From Minutocellus sp. GHC0000111 (taxonomy: Eukaryota): DNA of 64,000 nucleotides. Numbering within the stretch: position 1 is the first letter of the stretch; the number at the start of each line of letters is the position of its first letter. The stretch lies in contig OZ361257.1 in the NCBI GenBank assembly GCA_977018835.1, forward strand, positions 4,340,001 to 4,404,000, written 5' to 3'. The position numbers and the translations under genes are program-made. Positions 22,659 to 33,289 of this stretch are shown one piece after another. The notes beneath the pieces were generated by a model, which saw only the letters and a program-made list of their open reading frames with translations, was not told the DNA's origin and did not search any database.

Positions 22659-23984
22659 ATGACGAACGCCTCGATCGTTGCCCGCTGTAGAGCGGCGGCA
22701 TCTTCTACCTCGTTAGCTTCCAATTTATCATCCCTCGGCAGACAAAATAGCCGCCGAGGTCTTTCTTCGATTGCAAGACCAGCACATGTTTCTGCCGTAT
22801 CTTTACGTGCTACTTCCGTGACACCTGCTACTTTCTCGAGTTCTGGTTCACATCCGCATGGCGCCCATCACAATCATCACCAGCGACGTTACAAGTCGTC
22901 GATACTGCGCAAGCCCAACGAGCGGTACGCACCAGGCGAAGTTCCCAAGGACAAGGCCGAGGCCGCCAAGCTCCGACTCAACACCCTCCTCCAACGTCTT
23001 CAGAAAGTGGACACCGCCGCCCTCTGCGACGCCGACAAGGCCATGCTGGCCCGCCGGCAGAACGGTGCCGAGGGATACGACAGCTCGCAGTCGGACCACC
23101 CGTACGTCGGCCTGAGCCTGATGGATTCTCGAATCAGGCCCCGCAACTACTTCCCCGGGCCGCACAAGCCGTCCGTGGCGGTGGACGACCATCCCGTCCA
23201 GAACGGTGCCGCGGGCAACGGCGGATCGCTCATGGGCGATGCCGACGGCATCAAGATGATTGGACTGGCCAGGACCGTGCAGTGCACCCGGCCCAACGAC
23301 ATTTTGGCCGTGCTGCGAGGTCTGAACGAGGTCAGGCCCGGCGAGGTGCTGGTGGTCAACACCCTGGACTCCACCCGGGCGGTGGCAGGTGGCATGTTTT
23401 GCGCCGAGGCGGCACGCAAAGGGTTGGGTGGAATCGTCGTGGATGGATACGTGCGCGACGTTGGTCAGATCACCAAGTTTGGCTATGGGATGGAGAACGC
23501 CTGCCTCATGTACTCGGCCGGGGTCACCCCGTACGCCGGCACGGTGCAGAGCATCGGAGAGATCGGTTCTAATCTAATATGCGGGGGCGTCCGTGTTAGC
23601 TCTGGCGACATTGTCGTTGGTGACGGGGATGGCATCCTCGTCGGGACGATGGAAAGCTTTGAGCAGGTGATTGGCGTTGCCGAAAACATTGTCGAAGCGG
23701 AACGCAACATCCTCAAGGGTATTTCGCAGGGCGTCAGCCTGATGTGCAACTACGACGAGCATATAGAGTTGCGAAAAAATGGCAAAGAGAGTGCGTTAGA
23801 CTGGAGAAAGACCCGCCTGGTCACATTCAATGGTGTGGAACACGTCAAGATTGAGTTACTGCGCACGACTTGTCTGCGCGTGTGCAAAGTCAATCCATTT
23901 TCGCGGAGCATCGATATATTTACATATTGGGCAATGCTGCAGGAACAGCTCATAGAATCATACAATAGAAACTTGCGCAGCTAG
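22659..23984 (+). CDS. RraA-family / 4-hydroxy-4-methyl-2-oxoglutarate aldolase-like protein with mitochondrial-type presequence
   Basis: DTAALCDA, GEVLVV, AVAGGM, GIVVDGYVRD, CGGVRVSSGDIVVGDGDGI. Arg/Ser-rich, acid-free N-terminus. Confidence 0.85.
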   Translation: MTNASIVARCRAAASSTSLASNLSSLGRQNSRRGLSSIARPAHVSAVSLRATSVTPATFSSSGSHPHGAHHNHHQRRYKSSILRKPNERYAPGEVPKDKAEAAKLRLNTLLQRLQKVDTAALCDADKAMLARRQNGAEGYDSSQSDHPYVGLSLMDSRIRPRNYFPGPHKPSVAVDDHPVQNGAAGNGGSLMGDADGIKMIGLARTVQCTRPNDILAVLRGLNEVRPGEVLVVNTLDSTRAVAGGMFCAEAARKGLGGIVVDGYVRDVGQITKFGYGMENACLMYSAGVTPYAGTVQSIGEIGSNLICGGVRVSSGDIVVGDGDGILVGTMESFEQVIGVAENIVEAERNILKGISQGVSLMCNYDEHIELRKNGKESALDWRKTRLVTFNGVEHVKIELLRTTCLRVCKVNPFSRSIDIFTYWAMLQEQLIESYNRNLRS

Positions 23985-24032
23985 CTAAGTAGAAATCAAC
24001 AACAATATCACTAGAGAAATCAAATTGCATTA

Positions 24033-25418
24033 TCACAGCCCCTTATTGTAGTAGAATTCGTCATATCCCAAACCTTGAAACTTGTCTTCCACATCATCCG
24101 CTTGGATGGAACTTATTTGTGGAAAGATGCCAACGGCAGCAGGCAGACCAATCCCAAAGCTCACGAGAAGCAAAAATGTAGTGATTGGAACAGCCAATGT
24201 CGGGTTATCGCCCATGAATTGCTTCAGTGGCGTCACCGTGTCCAATATTAGCGGTGGAAAGAAGTATGTGGGCATTTGCAGCACCGCACGAGACGCCGTC
24301 GTGAAGTAGATGCCTTTGGCCGCGGCCATGGATGACGTTTGTCCTGGAAGCACATCTTCCATCTTGTCATTCAGCAAGGGAACGCCAACAGCAATCTCAG
24401 GTCTCCGAACGATGTAGCAGTTGAGGGACGATGCTATTACCGCGGAAGGAAAGGAAATGAATCGCAACAGCTCGGCCGCCTCTTCACCGGCGTAATGGCC
24501 TTCGACATACGTTGCCAGACCGAACGCAACCGTCAGGGCGGACGCCACAGCAATACCATAACTCTTGATCAGAGTGAAGGCATCGCTGTTCTCATCCTCG
24601 TCCTGCTCGGACCGAGGTCCGTTGAAATAATTGATCATGGCATTCTGCGACTGATTCATCCAGCTCCAAAACAGCAGGGGCAGAGTTGCCGTGGAAGCGA
24701 TCATGGCGACGCATATCGGACCATTGGCGGGTAGATAGCCCGACATTCGAAAGGGTCGGGGGACCCACTCCTGAGAGGTGGGGTGGAGGGCCGAGTCGGC
24801 TATTCGCTTGGCCTCCCACAGCGTGCGATCGTCATACTGGCTTTGGGTCCATTCATCATATGCCAACGATCGATACCTTCGAACTTCGTCCTTGGAGTAA
24901 AGTAGCAATCTCGGATCGCACGCCAATAGCATCTTGCAGTACCGACCCGCAAACGTGGACTGATCGAACCGTTCTCCAGTAACATCGTACTTGGGGATGT
25001 TTCGAGATGTTATTCGTTCGACGGCATCCGTCGCACCGCTCACCAGCACCACGCTGGCGGCAAGGGCAAGGAGAGATTCGGCCACGGGTATCGATTGGAA
25101 TTGCATCCCGTTGTTGGAGGCGGTGACAATGGCCGCGAGGGCAAGGGCGCCCTGGAAGCGTGTTCTCTGCGTTATTGGCCGGGGTTGAGAAAGAACATCG
25201 AGGTTTGATTCGTTTATGATGTCTTCGTTCATTCGGCCCTTGTTCGATATTACTTGTAGGCTTGTGGACCATTTCAATATATTTTTGGTGATCGGCATGT
25301 TCCTTGGCAACGGGCACTGTGGAGTTGTAAAAGCGAGGCTGCAATGCATCGATAAGCCAAACGTCAGCAAGACGCATGATTGCCTGCTTCGACGCCTGGT
25401 CGATGCAGTCAGCAGCAT
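24033..25418 (-). CDS. Sideroflexin (Mtc/tricarboxylate carrier family) with N-terminal extension
   Basis: RFDQSTFAGRY, DPRLLL, LWEAK..DSALHP, PFRMSG, WMNQSQNAMINYFN, terminal YYNKGL. Confidence 0.9.
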   Translation of the reverse strand: MLLTASTRRRSRQSCVLLTFGLSMHCSLAFTTPQCPLPRNMPITKNILKWSTSLQVISNKGRMNEDIINESNLDVLSQPRPITQRTRFQGALALAAIVTASNNGMQFQSIPVAESLLALAASVVLVSGATDAVERITSRNIPKYDVTGERFDQSTFAGRYCKMLLACDPRLLLYSKDEVRRYRSLAYDEWTQSQYDDRTLWEAKRIADSALHPTSQEWVPRPFRMSGYLPANGPICVAMIASTATLPLLFWSWMNQSQNAMINYFNGPRSEQDEDENSDAFTLIKSYGIAVASALTVAFGLATYVEGHYAGEEAAELLRFISFPSAVIASSLNCYIVRRPEIAVGVPLLNDKMEDVLPGQTSSMAAAKGIYFTTASRAVLQMPTYFFPPLILDTVTPLKQFMGDNPTLAVPITTFLLLVSFGIGLPAAVGIFPQISSIQADDVEDKFQGLGYDEFYYNKGL

Positions 25419-25742
25419 TCTACAATTGCCTGCTCATCAGGCCAAGTGCCATCCCTTGATCAGGCAGGGGCGAAGAATCATGGGCAAATAAAGACCATGC
25501 GAAGAATGACGTCCACATGCTTTCACGCATGACGGCCAGACGTCCAGCCCTAAAGAAACATTTTCTGCGAAAAGAACAAAAAATTGCGCCACCATAACCG
25601 CCATTATTATTACCACGCGAAGTGCCACGCAGAAGGCTGGTGACTGTAACCTCCGTTGGACTGCTTGTTGCTCGCGAGAACTTAGAGGCAGCCGAGAAAG
25701 GAAAACGCCAACCATTTCTCAAATAGGGGGGGAAATCGAAGC

Positions 25743-26702
25743 ATGTCAAATTTACATTCCGATACCGACCCGGCAAACTTCGTCACCTCCGAACATTTGG
25801 TTGCACCACCAATTGCGGCGGTGATGGAGACCGGGGCCTCCTCGGCACCGGCGATATATGAGACAGAGTTCAACCAGGAGCTGTCGGAGAGCAATGGACT
25901 AGTGGAGCACAACTCCTCCGACGCAATGACAGCTACGAACGAGGCGGATGCCGAGGCGGCTGCGGCTGCCGCCGCCATTGCCGACGTCTTCGCAGCGGAC
26001 ACAGTGGCGCAGGCAGCGGAAGCACCGGAGCAGAGATGGGGACCCTCGAAACCCACTGCCCCGACAGAGGAAGAACCAGAAGAAGAAGAAGGAGAAGAAC
26101 CAGAAGCGCCGCGGGGCGGCACTTGCTATACGTGGGGCACCTCGGCATCTCCTACTAGCGGCCCGGCAAGGGAGAGCCAACCTGGTCCTGTCAGTACTAG
26201 TATCTCGTATGCTACGTGCGCCCTGCCGTGGTGCACCAGGGCTGGATTCGCCCACCTCAAGGGACTGTGCCCTTGTCACTACCCAAGGAAGCCGTGCGGC
26301 AAAAAGTGGGTCCAAGTTAGCAGCGGCGGGGGAGCCCGGGGCAGCCAGTCCAAGGACCTCCAACCGCGCTGCGCCGTCCCCAACTGCCACCGACTGGTCA
26401 GCCGGGGGACCAAGTGCCGTGTGCATCATTGGCAATCTCTGAACCGCCCGGCCGACGACGCCATGATGCCCAAGCTCTGCACCGCCGAGGGCTGCAACCG
26501 GCTCGGGGCGCCGTTGACGGAGGGCATGTGCTGGCCTCACTACAGTGCGCATAGAGAGCATCAACAACAGGAACAGCAGGTGGGGTACCGCGGGAGTGCG
26601 TCCGATGCTGCCAAACCGCCTGTGGAGGTGGGTGGGGTGTCGCACTCGCAGGAACAGGGGACTGTGAATAGTGGCGGATGTGCTGCTACTGCCGGAGATT
26701 AG
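25743..26702 (+). CDS. Protein with three C-x4-C...C-x2-H zinc-finger-like repeats (WRKY19-like type)
   Basis: CALPWC...LCPCH, CAVPNC...KCRVH and CTAEGC...MCWPH after an acidic N-terminus. Confidence 0.65.
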   Translation: MSNLHSDTDPANFVTSEHLVAPPIAAVMETGASSAPAIYETEFNQELSESNGLVEHNSSDAMTATNEADAEAAAAAAAIADVFAADTVAQAAEAPEQRWGPSKPTAPTEEEPEEEEGEEPEAPRGGTCYTWGTSASPTSGPARESQPGPVSTSISYATCALPWCTRAGFAHLKGLCPCHYPRKPCGKKWVQVSSGGGARGSQSKDLQPRCAVPNCHRLVSRGTKCRVHHWQSLNRPADDAMMPKLCTAEGCNRLGAPLTEGMCWPHYSAHREHQQQEQQVGYRGSASDAAKPPVEVGGVSHSQEQGTVNSGGCAATAGD

Positions 26703-27231
26703 ATTGTTTTGAGCATTGGAATGATTTTTTGACTACCGAAGTTTTGGCGGAAGAAGATGAACATTGGGATAGGATGCATGCCTTGGGGTAATTGATACTG
26801 TGCGATGATAACGTCGCAGCGATAGGCGGCCAATACACTTAACGGTCGATCGACATGCATGTAAATGGCACGAGTTCTTGTTGTTTGTGAAATCAAATTT
26901 TCACATCATCAAAACGCATGCAGCAGCCAAGAGGAAGAAAGAAGACATGAAAATATTAATGAAGAATAAAGAGGTTGTTTCCATAAGCCAATGTTGTCAT
27001 TGCCAACGATTTCCGCGCAAAATCATTCATCGCATGAGCTCACGTATGTTAGAATGTGCATGCAAGAAACGAAGAATCAACTAACCAATGAATGTATCCG
27101 CCGGCCGGAGGTTGGTTCTTCTTATCGTACCGGTACGGCTATGAAAGCTAAAAGTTTGGAAGAAGCAACCCGGAAAAAATCAGTAACCGCGTCTCGCCTG
27201 CTCAAAATCACAGAAGCAGCAATCAACAACC

Positions 27232-28806
27232 ATGACGAGCAGCAGGACCAACTTCAACGCCCAGCGGCGGCGGCGACGGCCTAGGAGAGCCTTGCCATCT
27301 TGCACATTCACGGCCCTCCTTTTCCTCAACAGTCTTTCCATGGCCTCATCGTTCGCACCCAGATCGATTGCAGGAGGCATTGCGAAAGCAGCACGTGATG
27401 CGCCGACCACCGGTGCCAGGAGGGGCGGCGGCACGCCCAGCACTGCATGTACCGTCCTCCGTGTGCAGCCCATCACGACGGACCCATCGCCCAACCGATA
27501 CGAGGAGCTGACCGTGGGCTCCCCGGTGGTTGGAAGCATCGGCAACGGTTCGGCCGCGGGTAATTTGGCCAGCAGCAACGGCGCAGCCCCGGCAACGCTC
27601 CAGGCAGATGCCAACGGGAACGTCCCTTCGGCCCCGTCGGTCGGCGGATCGTCTGGTCGGGTCACCCTGACCCGCTTTCTGCAGGACATGGTGCAGGAAC
27701 GTCCCGAATTGCGGGGGATGGACCTGCCGCTGTTGTCGGTCCAGATGGCGTGCAAGACCATCTCCAACCTGGTCAATCGCGCGGGCATCAACCAGCTCAC
27801 GCCCCCGCCCAGCACCAGCGTTGCGCCGTCATCGTCGTCGTCTGGATCCGAGCAGGCTGACCTCCGTCTCAACTCGATGAAGCGGCTGGACCAGCTGTCG
27901 GCCAACGTACTGAGGAATGCGCTGCGCTTCACCGGCAAGTTGAAGCTGGTGGCCCCCAAGGAGACCGAGGCCGACAGGGAAGCCGAGGCCCTCGGCCAGC
28001 ACCAGCCCGGCGTACTGCTGGCCAGTGCCATCGAGGGCAAGTACGTGGGCATCTTCGACCCGCTCGACGGATCGGGCAACGCCGACGCCGCCATCTGCAC
28101 GGGGACGGTGTTCGGGCTGTTCGAGAACCTGGAACGGAAGAAGGAGATCAAGGAGCAGATCAAGAGCGGCAACAAGGACGCCGTGGAGGAACGCTTCACG
28201 CTCAAGAAGTACAAGGATCCCGATGCCCTGGCGCGGAGTGTGTTGCAGCCGGGGAAGAATCTGGTCGGGGCGGGGTATTGTCTGTATTCGTCTGCCACTA
28301 TACTGGTGTTTACCCTGGCGGGTGGTAGTGTGAATGGCTTTACGTTGGATCCGCAATCCAACGAGTTCATCTTGACGCATCCCAACATCCGGATTCCGCC
28401 GCGTGGAAACGTGTATTCATGTAATGAAGCCAATTCTGAAGGGTGGGACGATGATCTCAAGGCTTACATTAAGGCGCTCAAGACGGGCGACAATGAGACC
28501 GGCAAGCCGTATGCGCTGCGATATGTCGGTTCCATGGTGGGCGACATCCACCGAACGCTCATGTACGGCGGTCTGTTCATGTATCCGGGCGATTCCGGAA
28601 CCCATCCGCATGGCAACCTCCAGCTGCTGTACAAGTCCGGCCCGATGGCGCATCTCATTTGCGCTGCGGGTGGTATGGCGACCGATGGCAAACAGAACTT
28701 GCTCGACCTGGAACCAAAGAGAGTTCACGAGCGAAGGCCGTGCTTCATCGGATCACCGGAGGATATCAAGGAAATGAAAAAATATATAAAGCACAACGAA
28801 GAATAA
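27232..28806 (+). CDS. fbp: Plastid fructose-1,6-bisphosphatase (class I)
   Basis: MASS-FAP leader, FDPLDGSGN, GYCLYSSAT, NGFTLDP, YSCNEAN, RYVGSMVGDIHRTLMYGG. Confidence 0.92.
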   Translation: MTSSRTNFNAQRRRRRPRRALPSCTFTALLFLNSLSMASSFAPRSIAGGIAKAARDAPTTGARRGGGTPSTACTVLRVQPITTDPSPNRYEELTVGSPVVGSIGNGSAAGNLASSNGAAPATLQADANGNVPSAPSVGGSSGRVTLTRFLQDMVQERPELRGMDLPLLSVQMACKTISNLVNRAGINQLTPPPSTSVAPSSSSSGSEQADLRLNSMKRLDQLSANVLRNALRFTGKLKLVAPKETEADREAEALGQHQPGVLLASAIEGKYVGIFDPLDGSGNADAAICTGTVFGLFENLERKKEIKEQIKSGNKDAVEERFTLKKYKDPDALARSVLQPGKNLVGAGYCLYSSATILVFTLAGGSVNGFTLDPQSNEFILTHPNIRIPPRGNVYSCNEANSEGWDDDLKAYIKALKTGDNETGKPYALRYVGSMVGDIHRTLMYGGLFMYPGDSGTHPHGNLQLLYKSGPMAHLICAAGGMATDGKQNLLDLEPKRVHERRPCFIGSPEDIKEMKKYIKHNEE

Positions 28807-28848
28807 CGTAATGAAACAATGAAACATAATTAAGATATATATTTTACA

Positions 28849-29490
28849 TTACATATGAGCGCTAACGATGTAGTCTTCAACATCATTGTCGTCCAGATCA
28901 TCTACAGTATCTGCCATGAGTATGTCGGCCAGTCCAATCGGATGTCGTTCGGTTGAAGCTCTGGTATCTCCATCTGAAGCTCTGCTAAGGGAGAACTTGA
29001 AACTGGCATTGGGGAGACTTTCGATGGCTACCTCCGTTTCACCTTCTTCATCACTTTCTACTTTTAATTCTTCTGAACTGAGATTGTCGTAGAGTTGCCG
29101 CCACAAAGATGGGCGGCGGCGCACCTCGTTAGACTTGTTCTTTAATTTGATATCGTCAATCAAAAAGGAGATGGGATGACAACGACGAGATGGATGGCAT
29201 CGATGATCACTTCGTCCGATGACAGTATCGGCGATGGCCTGAGATAAGCCGTGCAAGCCTGACGATTGAACAGAGAACTCTTCCGATGAAAAAGACGACA
29301 GACTTGCTGTATCGATCGAGTTGGAACGCTTTTTTATTCCCCACATCTTTCCTGGTGGATCAATTGTAGAAGAGACAGAAGAATTGGAGCGGCTAGATGG
29401 TTCTACGTTCGCATCGGCACTTTGCATAGAGAGACGATGCGTACGCGGGAAGTCTTTCATGCGGCTCCTCATTTCTGTGAGGCCGGTCAT
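28849..29490 (-). CDS. Hypothetical Ser-rich protein
   Basis: 213-aa ORF, convergent with FBPase. Confidence 0.5.
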   Translation of the reverse strand: MTGLTEMRSRMKDFPRTHRLSMQSADANVEPSSRSNSSVSSTIDPPGKMWGIKKRSNSIDTASLSSFSSEEFSVQSSGLHGLSQAIADTVIGRSDHRCHPSRRCHPISFLIDDIKLKNKSNEVRRRPSLWRQLYDNLSSEELKVESDEEGETEVAIESLPNASFKFSLSRASDGDTRASTERHPIGLADILMADTVDDLDDNDVEDYIVSAHM

Positions 29491-29990
29491 TGTTCGTGTA
29501 ATCAGCCTGGGCGCTTTCGCGGGGAGAAGTTGTGGCCTACTTTTGTTTCTCCGTTTCTCCCTTCATCTGGCTCAACTGACGACGGGGCTTGAAGTTGCTG
29601 CAGTGGCGGCAATCACAGAGCGAAGCAGTGCTAGTAACGCTTAGCGTCATGCATTAAAGAGTCCGGCATTCACAGCCCGCAACGATACACATCTAAATCT
29701 GGGCTAAACCGTTAATCTAATACACTCAAATTGCCATATCTTTCTTGCCTCAACATCTGCTTTCTTGCCCAAACGAAAACCTGTCTGTCGTTACGCCTGT
29801 CGAGACATCCGGCCACCAGCGCGCACAAGTCGCCCAAAATCTCTCGCAACCAAGTCTAAATCCGACCGAAATGGCCAGCGAACTGAATTCGTGGCGGCTT
29901 CATTGCCCATACTTCGAGCGGAGCGCACTTATCTGCTGCAATTCGCCACTTTGAATCATTTTGTATTACAACTACTAAGTAGCGGATGAT

Positions 29991-30701
29991 ATGTTGCCCT
30001 CTCAGCAGCACTACAGCTGGTCGAAATCAGCATGTGGCGCTGATGACCAGTCCAATCCGGACAAAGTAGCCAGCAACAAAAGTAGTCACCAAAGGTATCG
30101 TTTGGCGGAGCCAAAGCAGCCAAGGCGCGTGCCGAGATCAGGTGCCGAAATATCAGACACGATTGCAAGTGTGGAGGGCGAGGCAACACTGCGTTTACTC
30201 GCCGATCCCAAGTTGTACGCAGAATTCCAGGAAAGGGTGAAGAAACACCGACCTGCGACGAATGTTGCGACGCATGAGCTATTGAAGCAGTTCCTCGCTG
30301 AGAAGAAGTATTGCGATGAAAAGAAAACAGAGAAGGCACAAAAACCAGAGATTCATAGCAAAATGCCAAAAGAAGCGCAGTTGCCCCCCAGAACAGTTCC
30401 TGGTCGTCTAGGAAACTTCCTATCCCGAAACCAAGAGAGACAAACCAGACAAAGAGCAGCTGCTGCAAGTGCCGGCAATGGATCTCTCCCTTCGTTGGAG
30501 GAAGTTGGCCAGAAGAATCGTATACAGCGCCGGAATTCAATGGATGTCGTGAGTATGGCTTCATCTTCATCCGTTTCAACTCATACTACCTCGGCCAGCT
30601 CATATGCATCGTCCATCGCCACGGATAATTCTTCATTCGAAGTATCACTCAGTGGTTTGATACAACCTACGAATTGGTTTTCCGGTTTGAAAGGATCGTA
30701 A
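29991..30701 (+). CDS. Hypothetical protein
   Basis: 236-aa ORF followed by an AT-rich 3' region. Confidence 0.5.
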   Translation: MLPSQQHYSWSKSACGADDQSNPDKVASNKSSHQRYRLAEPKQPRRVPRSGAEISDTIASVEGEATLRLLADPKLYAEFQERVKKHRPATNVATHELLKQFLAEKKYCDEKKTEKAQKPEIHSKMPKEAQLPPRTVPGRLGNFLSRNQERQTRQRAAAASAGNGSLPSLEEVGQKNRIQRRNSMDVVSMASSSSVSTHTTSASSYASSIATDNSSFEVSLSGLIQPTNWFSGLKGS

Positions 30702-31581
30702 TAGATCTGTATTCTCCTCTATTGTTATGTAAATGTATGTGAAGGAGCAAGCGTTTCTCTTATGTAAAGATTATCCACCGTCCTATTTATTTCTGTTGTA
30801 GCATGTTTAAAATGAGTGAAATATGTGTAATAAATACAAACCAAAGGTAGCCATGAGCCTAATGGCCCCATGCGCGATTACAATGCAGAACTGCCTCTTC
30901 TTTTACCTAAGCATGATGTATTCTTCATCATCACATCATTGGCACCACCACTAAAGTCTATACATAGAAAGGGCACTCTCTGACTAAAAAAACTATGTGT
31001 TGGTGTACCGTGTCAAGTTAGTTCTAACGACACCACGGCTGAATCGGCTGAATTGAAGAATCGCAATCGATGGATGTAGCACTGTCATACATATCGATCT
31101 GACAGTGGAAATACTGGACATGCTGGATATTTACAGTAAAGCAATCAGCTTCATCTAGCTAGCTAGTGGGACGGTGTGTGGAAAAAGTCTCACTGCTACT
31201 CTAGTAGCTAAATCTACATGAATGCCGCGCTTAACAAATCGGCGAAGAACGCAGCTAGCTAGTAATAGCAACGGTCAAAGATAAAACAGAAGTACCCGTG
31301 CCGAGAAGAACTACCAGGAGCCAATCAGCCAGACTTAAGCTGGCAGCTACCTTCGAAGGCTTCGTACCGGCCAACAATCCCAACGCTTGGAGAAACCGTG
31401 ACCTCGAATAGATCTACAAGTGCTGATCCCCACCTCACCCTCACTCAATCTTATCCTACAAAGTTTACAACGGCGATCTTGTTTTTATGTTATTGATATT
31501 CGTTCTTACTGATGCAAATGAGGCTACCTATTCGATTGAATTTGGTTCTAACTTTTCATTACGATAGATAGATTTAAGCTA

Positions 31582-31764
31582 CAGTCCGTCCCCAGCGATA
31601 AGATTATATTCTCATCTGAGGGCTCAGATTTTGGACTTTATGCTTATTCTAATATTAATATCTTAGTGTAAGCATTGCAGCCAGCTTGCTATTTCTTTGT
31701 TCTAAAATAAGAATATTGAGGGCTTAGCAAAAGTACCAATATTCTTATTGCTGGGGACGGACTG
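31582..31764. mobile_element. MITE copy 1 (Tc1/mariner-type, 183 bp)
   Basis: TIR CAGTCCGTCCCCAGC ... GCTGGGGACGGACTG; left flank TA, right flank CA; AT-rich interior. Confidence 0.85.
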
Positions 31765-32209
31765 CATGCTTAGCGGACGACACCACCACTACTAGCACAT
31801 GCGATTGCTGGCGCCATTGCCCGCGGTCTCTCTTTACACAAGAGATCACGACTACATTTTGTTCGAGGCTCGAGAGGAGAGGCAGCTAGGGTCGCTGAGG
31901 AGGCAAAGAATCATTTTGAGACTGGTAGATGCTCTGATAGTGACGGATTCTCGGCTCGTCATTCGAGTCGAGAATATGGTTACTACGAGCAGTTTAGAGG
32001 ATTTAGAAGTGGACCTGAACGGCGCTATGAGTAATTATTTGCGGCTGGCTTTGCTTATCCTGCTTTCTTCGCTTCTCATCTTCTGATTATGTCGATCCTG
32101 TGAACGTCTACGTAGAAAATTGTTATGCATGTAGGAGCACCCAACTCATAGCTAGTAGCTACGCACATGTAGCGGCATTCTTTGCTGATTTGTAATTTTA
32201 CACAAATGT

Positions 32210-33289
32210 CTAATGATTATTATTGGTTAAACATAGTAACCGATTCTTCATCATCACTGTCAGTGTCAAGATCGTCCAAGTCAGAGTGAGGGCGAACGAC
32301 AGAGCGGACGCCTCGTGCGATGAGCGGTAGCTGCCGTTGCGTTCGTCGAAGTTGGTTCTTCCGCTATGCTCTGCAAAGGCCCGTGAAGACACCTCAATCG
32401 AACCATCTTCCTTGTCGCTCTCCTCGTCGCTGTCCTCGTCGTCGTCGCCGTTCAGCCAGCTCTGGTAGTCTTGGCGGAAAATGTCCGATAGGAAGTGCAG
32501 CTCTTTCTTGCGTGGGGTGAAGACAGTGCTTGTAGATTGCACTGAAGTGGTGACGTAGGCAGGGAGGGAAGAGGAGTCATCGTTCTCGTTGATGTCGTCG
32601 TTCGTGTTGTTGGAAATTGAGGAAGAGGTGGAGGAGGACGAGGAGTCATTTTCGTTGATCGAACCGGACGCATGATGAGAGGACGAATCGTTTGATGTCC
32701 CGTTACAGTCCGTCCCCAGCGACAAGAATGTTTAACATTCTTATCTGAGGGCTCAGATTTTGGACTTCATGCTTGTTCTAACATTAACATCTTAGTGTAA
32801 GCATTGCAGCCAGCTTGCTATTTCCTTGTTCTAAAATAAGAACATTGAGGGCTTAGCAAAAGCACCACCAATGTTCTTGTTGCTGGGGACGGACTGTGCC
32901 GCAACGGCGTTGACGGCAATGCCGTCCGTTGTTTGAGACATGAGGGTGCTGGCCTTGGAAACAATGCTGCTGGCATCGCCGGAAGCCGATACTTGCGCCG
33001 ATGCGGGAGAGGGAGTTTCCGGCGATGGCCTCAGAGAGAGGGATTGAGTGGCAGGTGCAGCCTCGAGTGCTTCCTTGGGATCGACTAGGCCTAGATTTGT
33101 GGCGACGGCATCCAGAATGTTGGTTCGTGACGGTGATCTCGAAGCTCTGGTGCCACTGCGCTCTGCAGCAACATTGCGGTGAGCGACGTCCCTCGCCCTG
33201 TCTTCAAGGGTTGGCGAACTCTGGTGGGCGGTGGCGGTGGCGGCGACGGCCTCGGTCACGTCTGCGCTTGGTGGTGGTGGGTTCATCAT
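32210..33289 (-). pseudogene. Low-complexity hypothetical gene interrupted by MITE copy 2
   Basis: ORF 33289-32831 runs into the MITE and stops; ORF 32725-32210 emerges from its other end. Confidence 0.4.
32706..32896. mobile_element. MITE copy 2 (191 bp), inside a minus-strand coding-like region
   Basis: Same TIRs as copy 1 and near-identical interior; left flank TA, right flank TG. Confidence 0.85.

Noticed and set aside
27180..28460. 426-aa antisense ORF over FBPase
   Set aside because: Antisense shadow of a recognisable gene.
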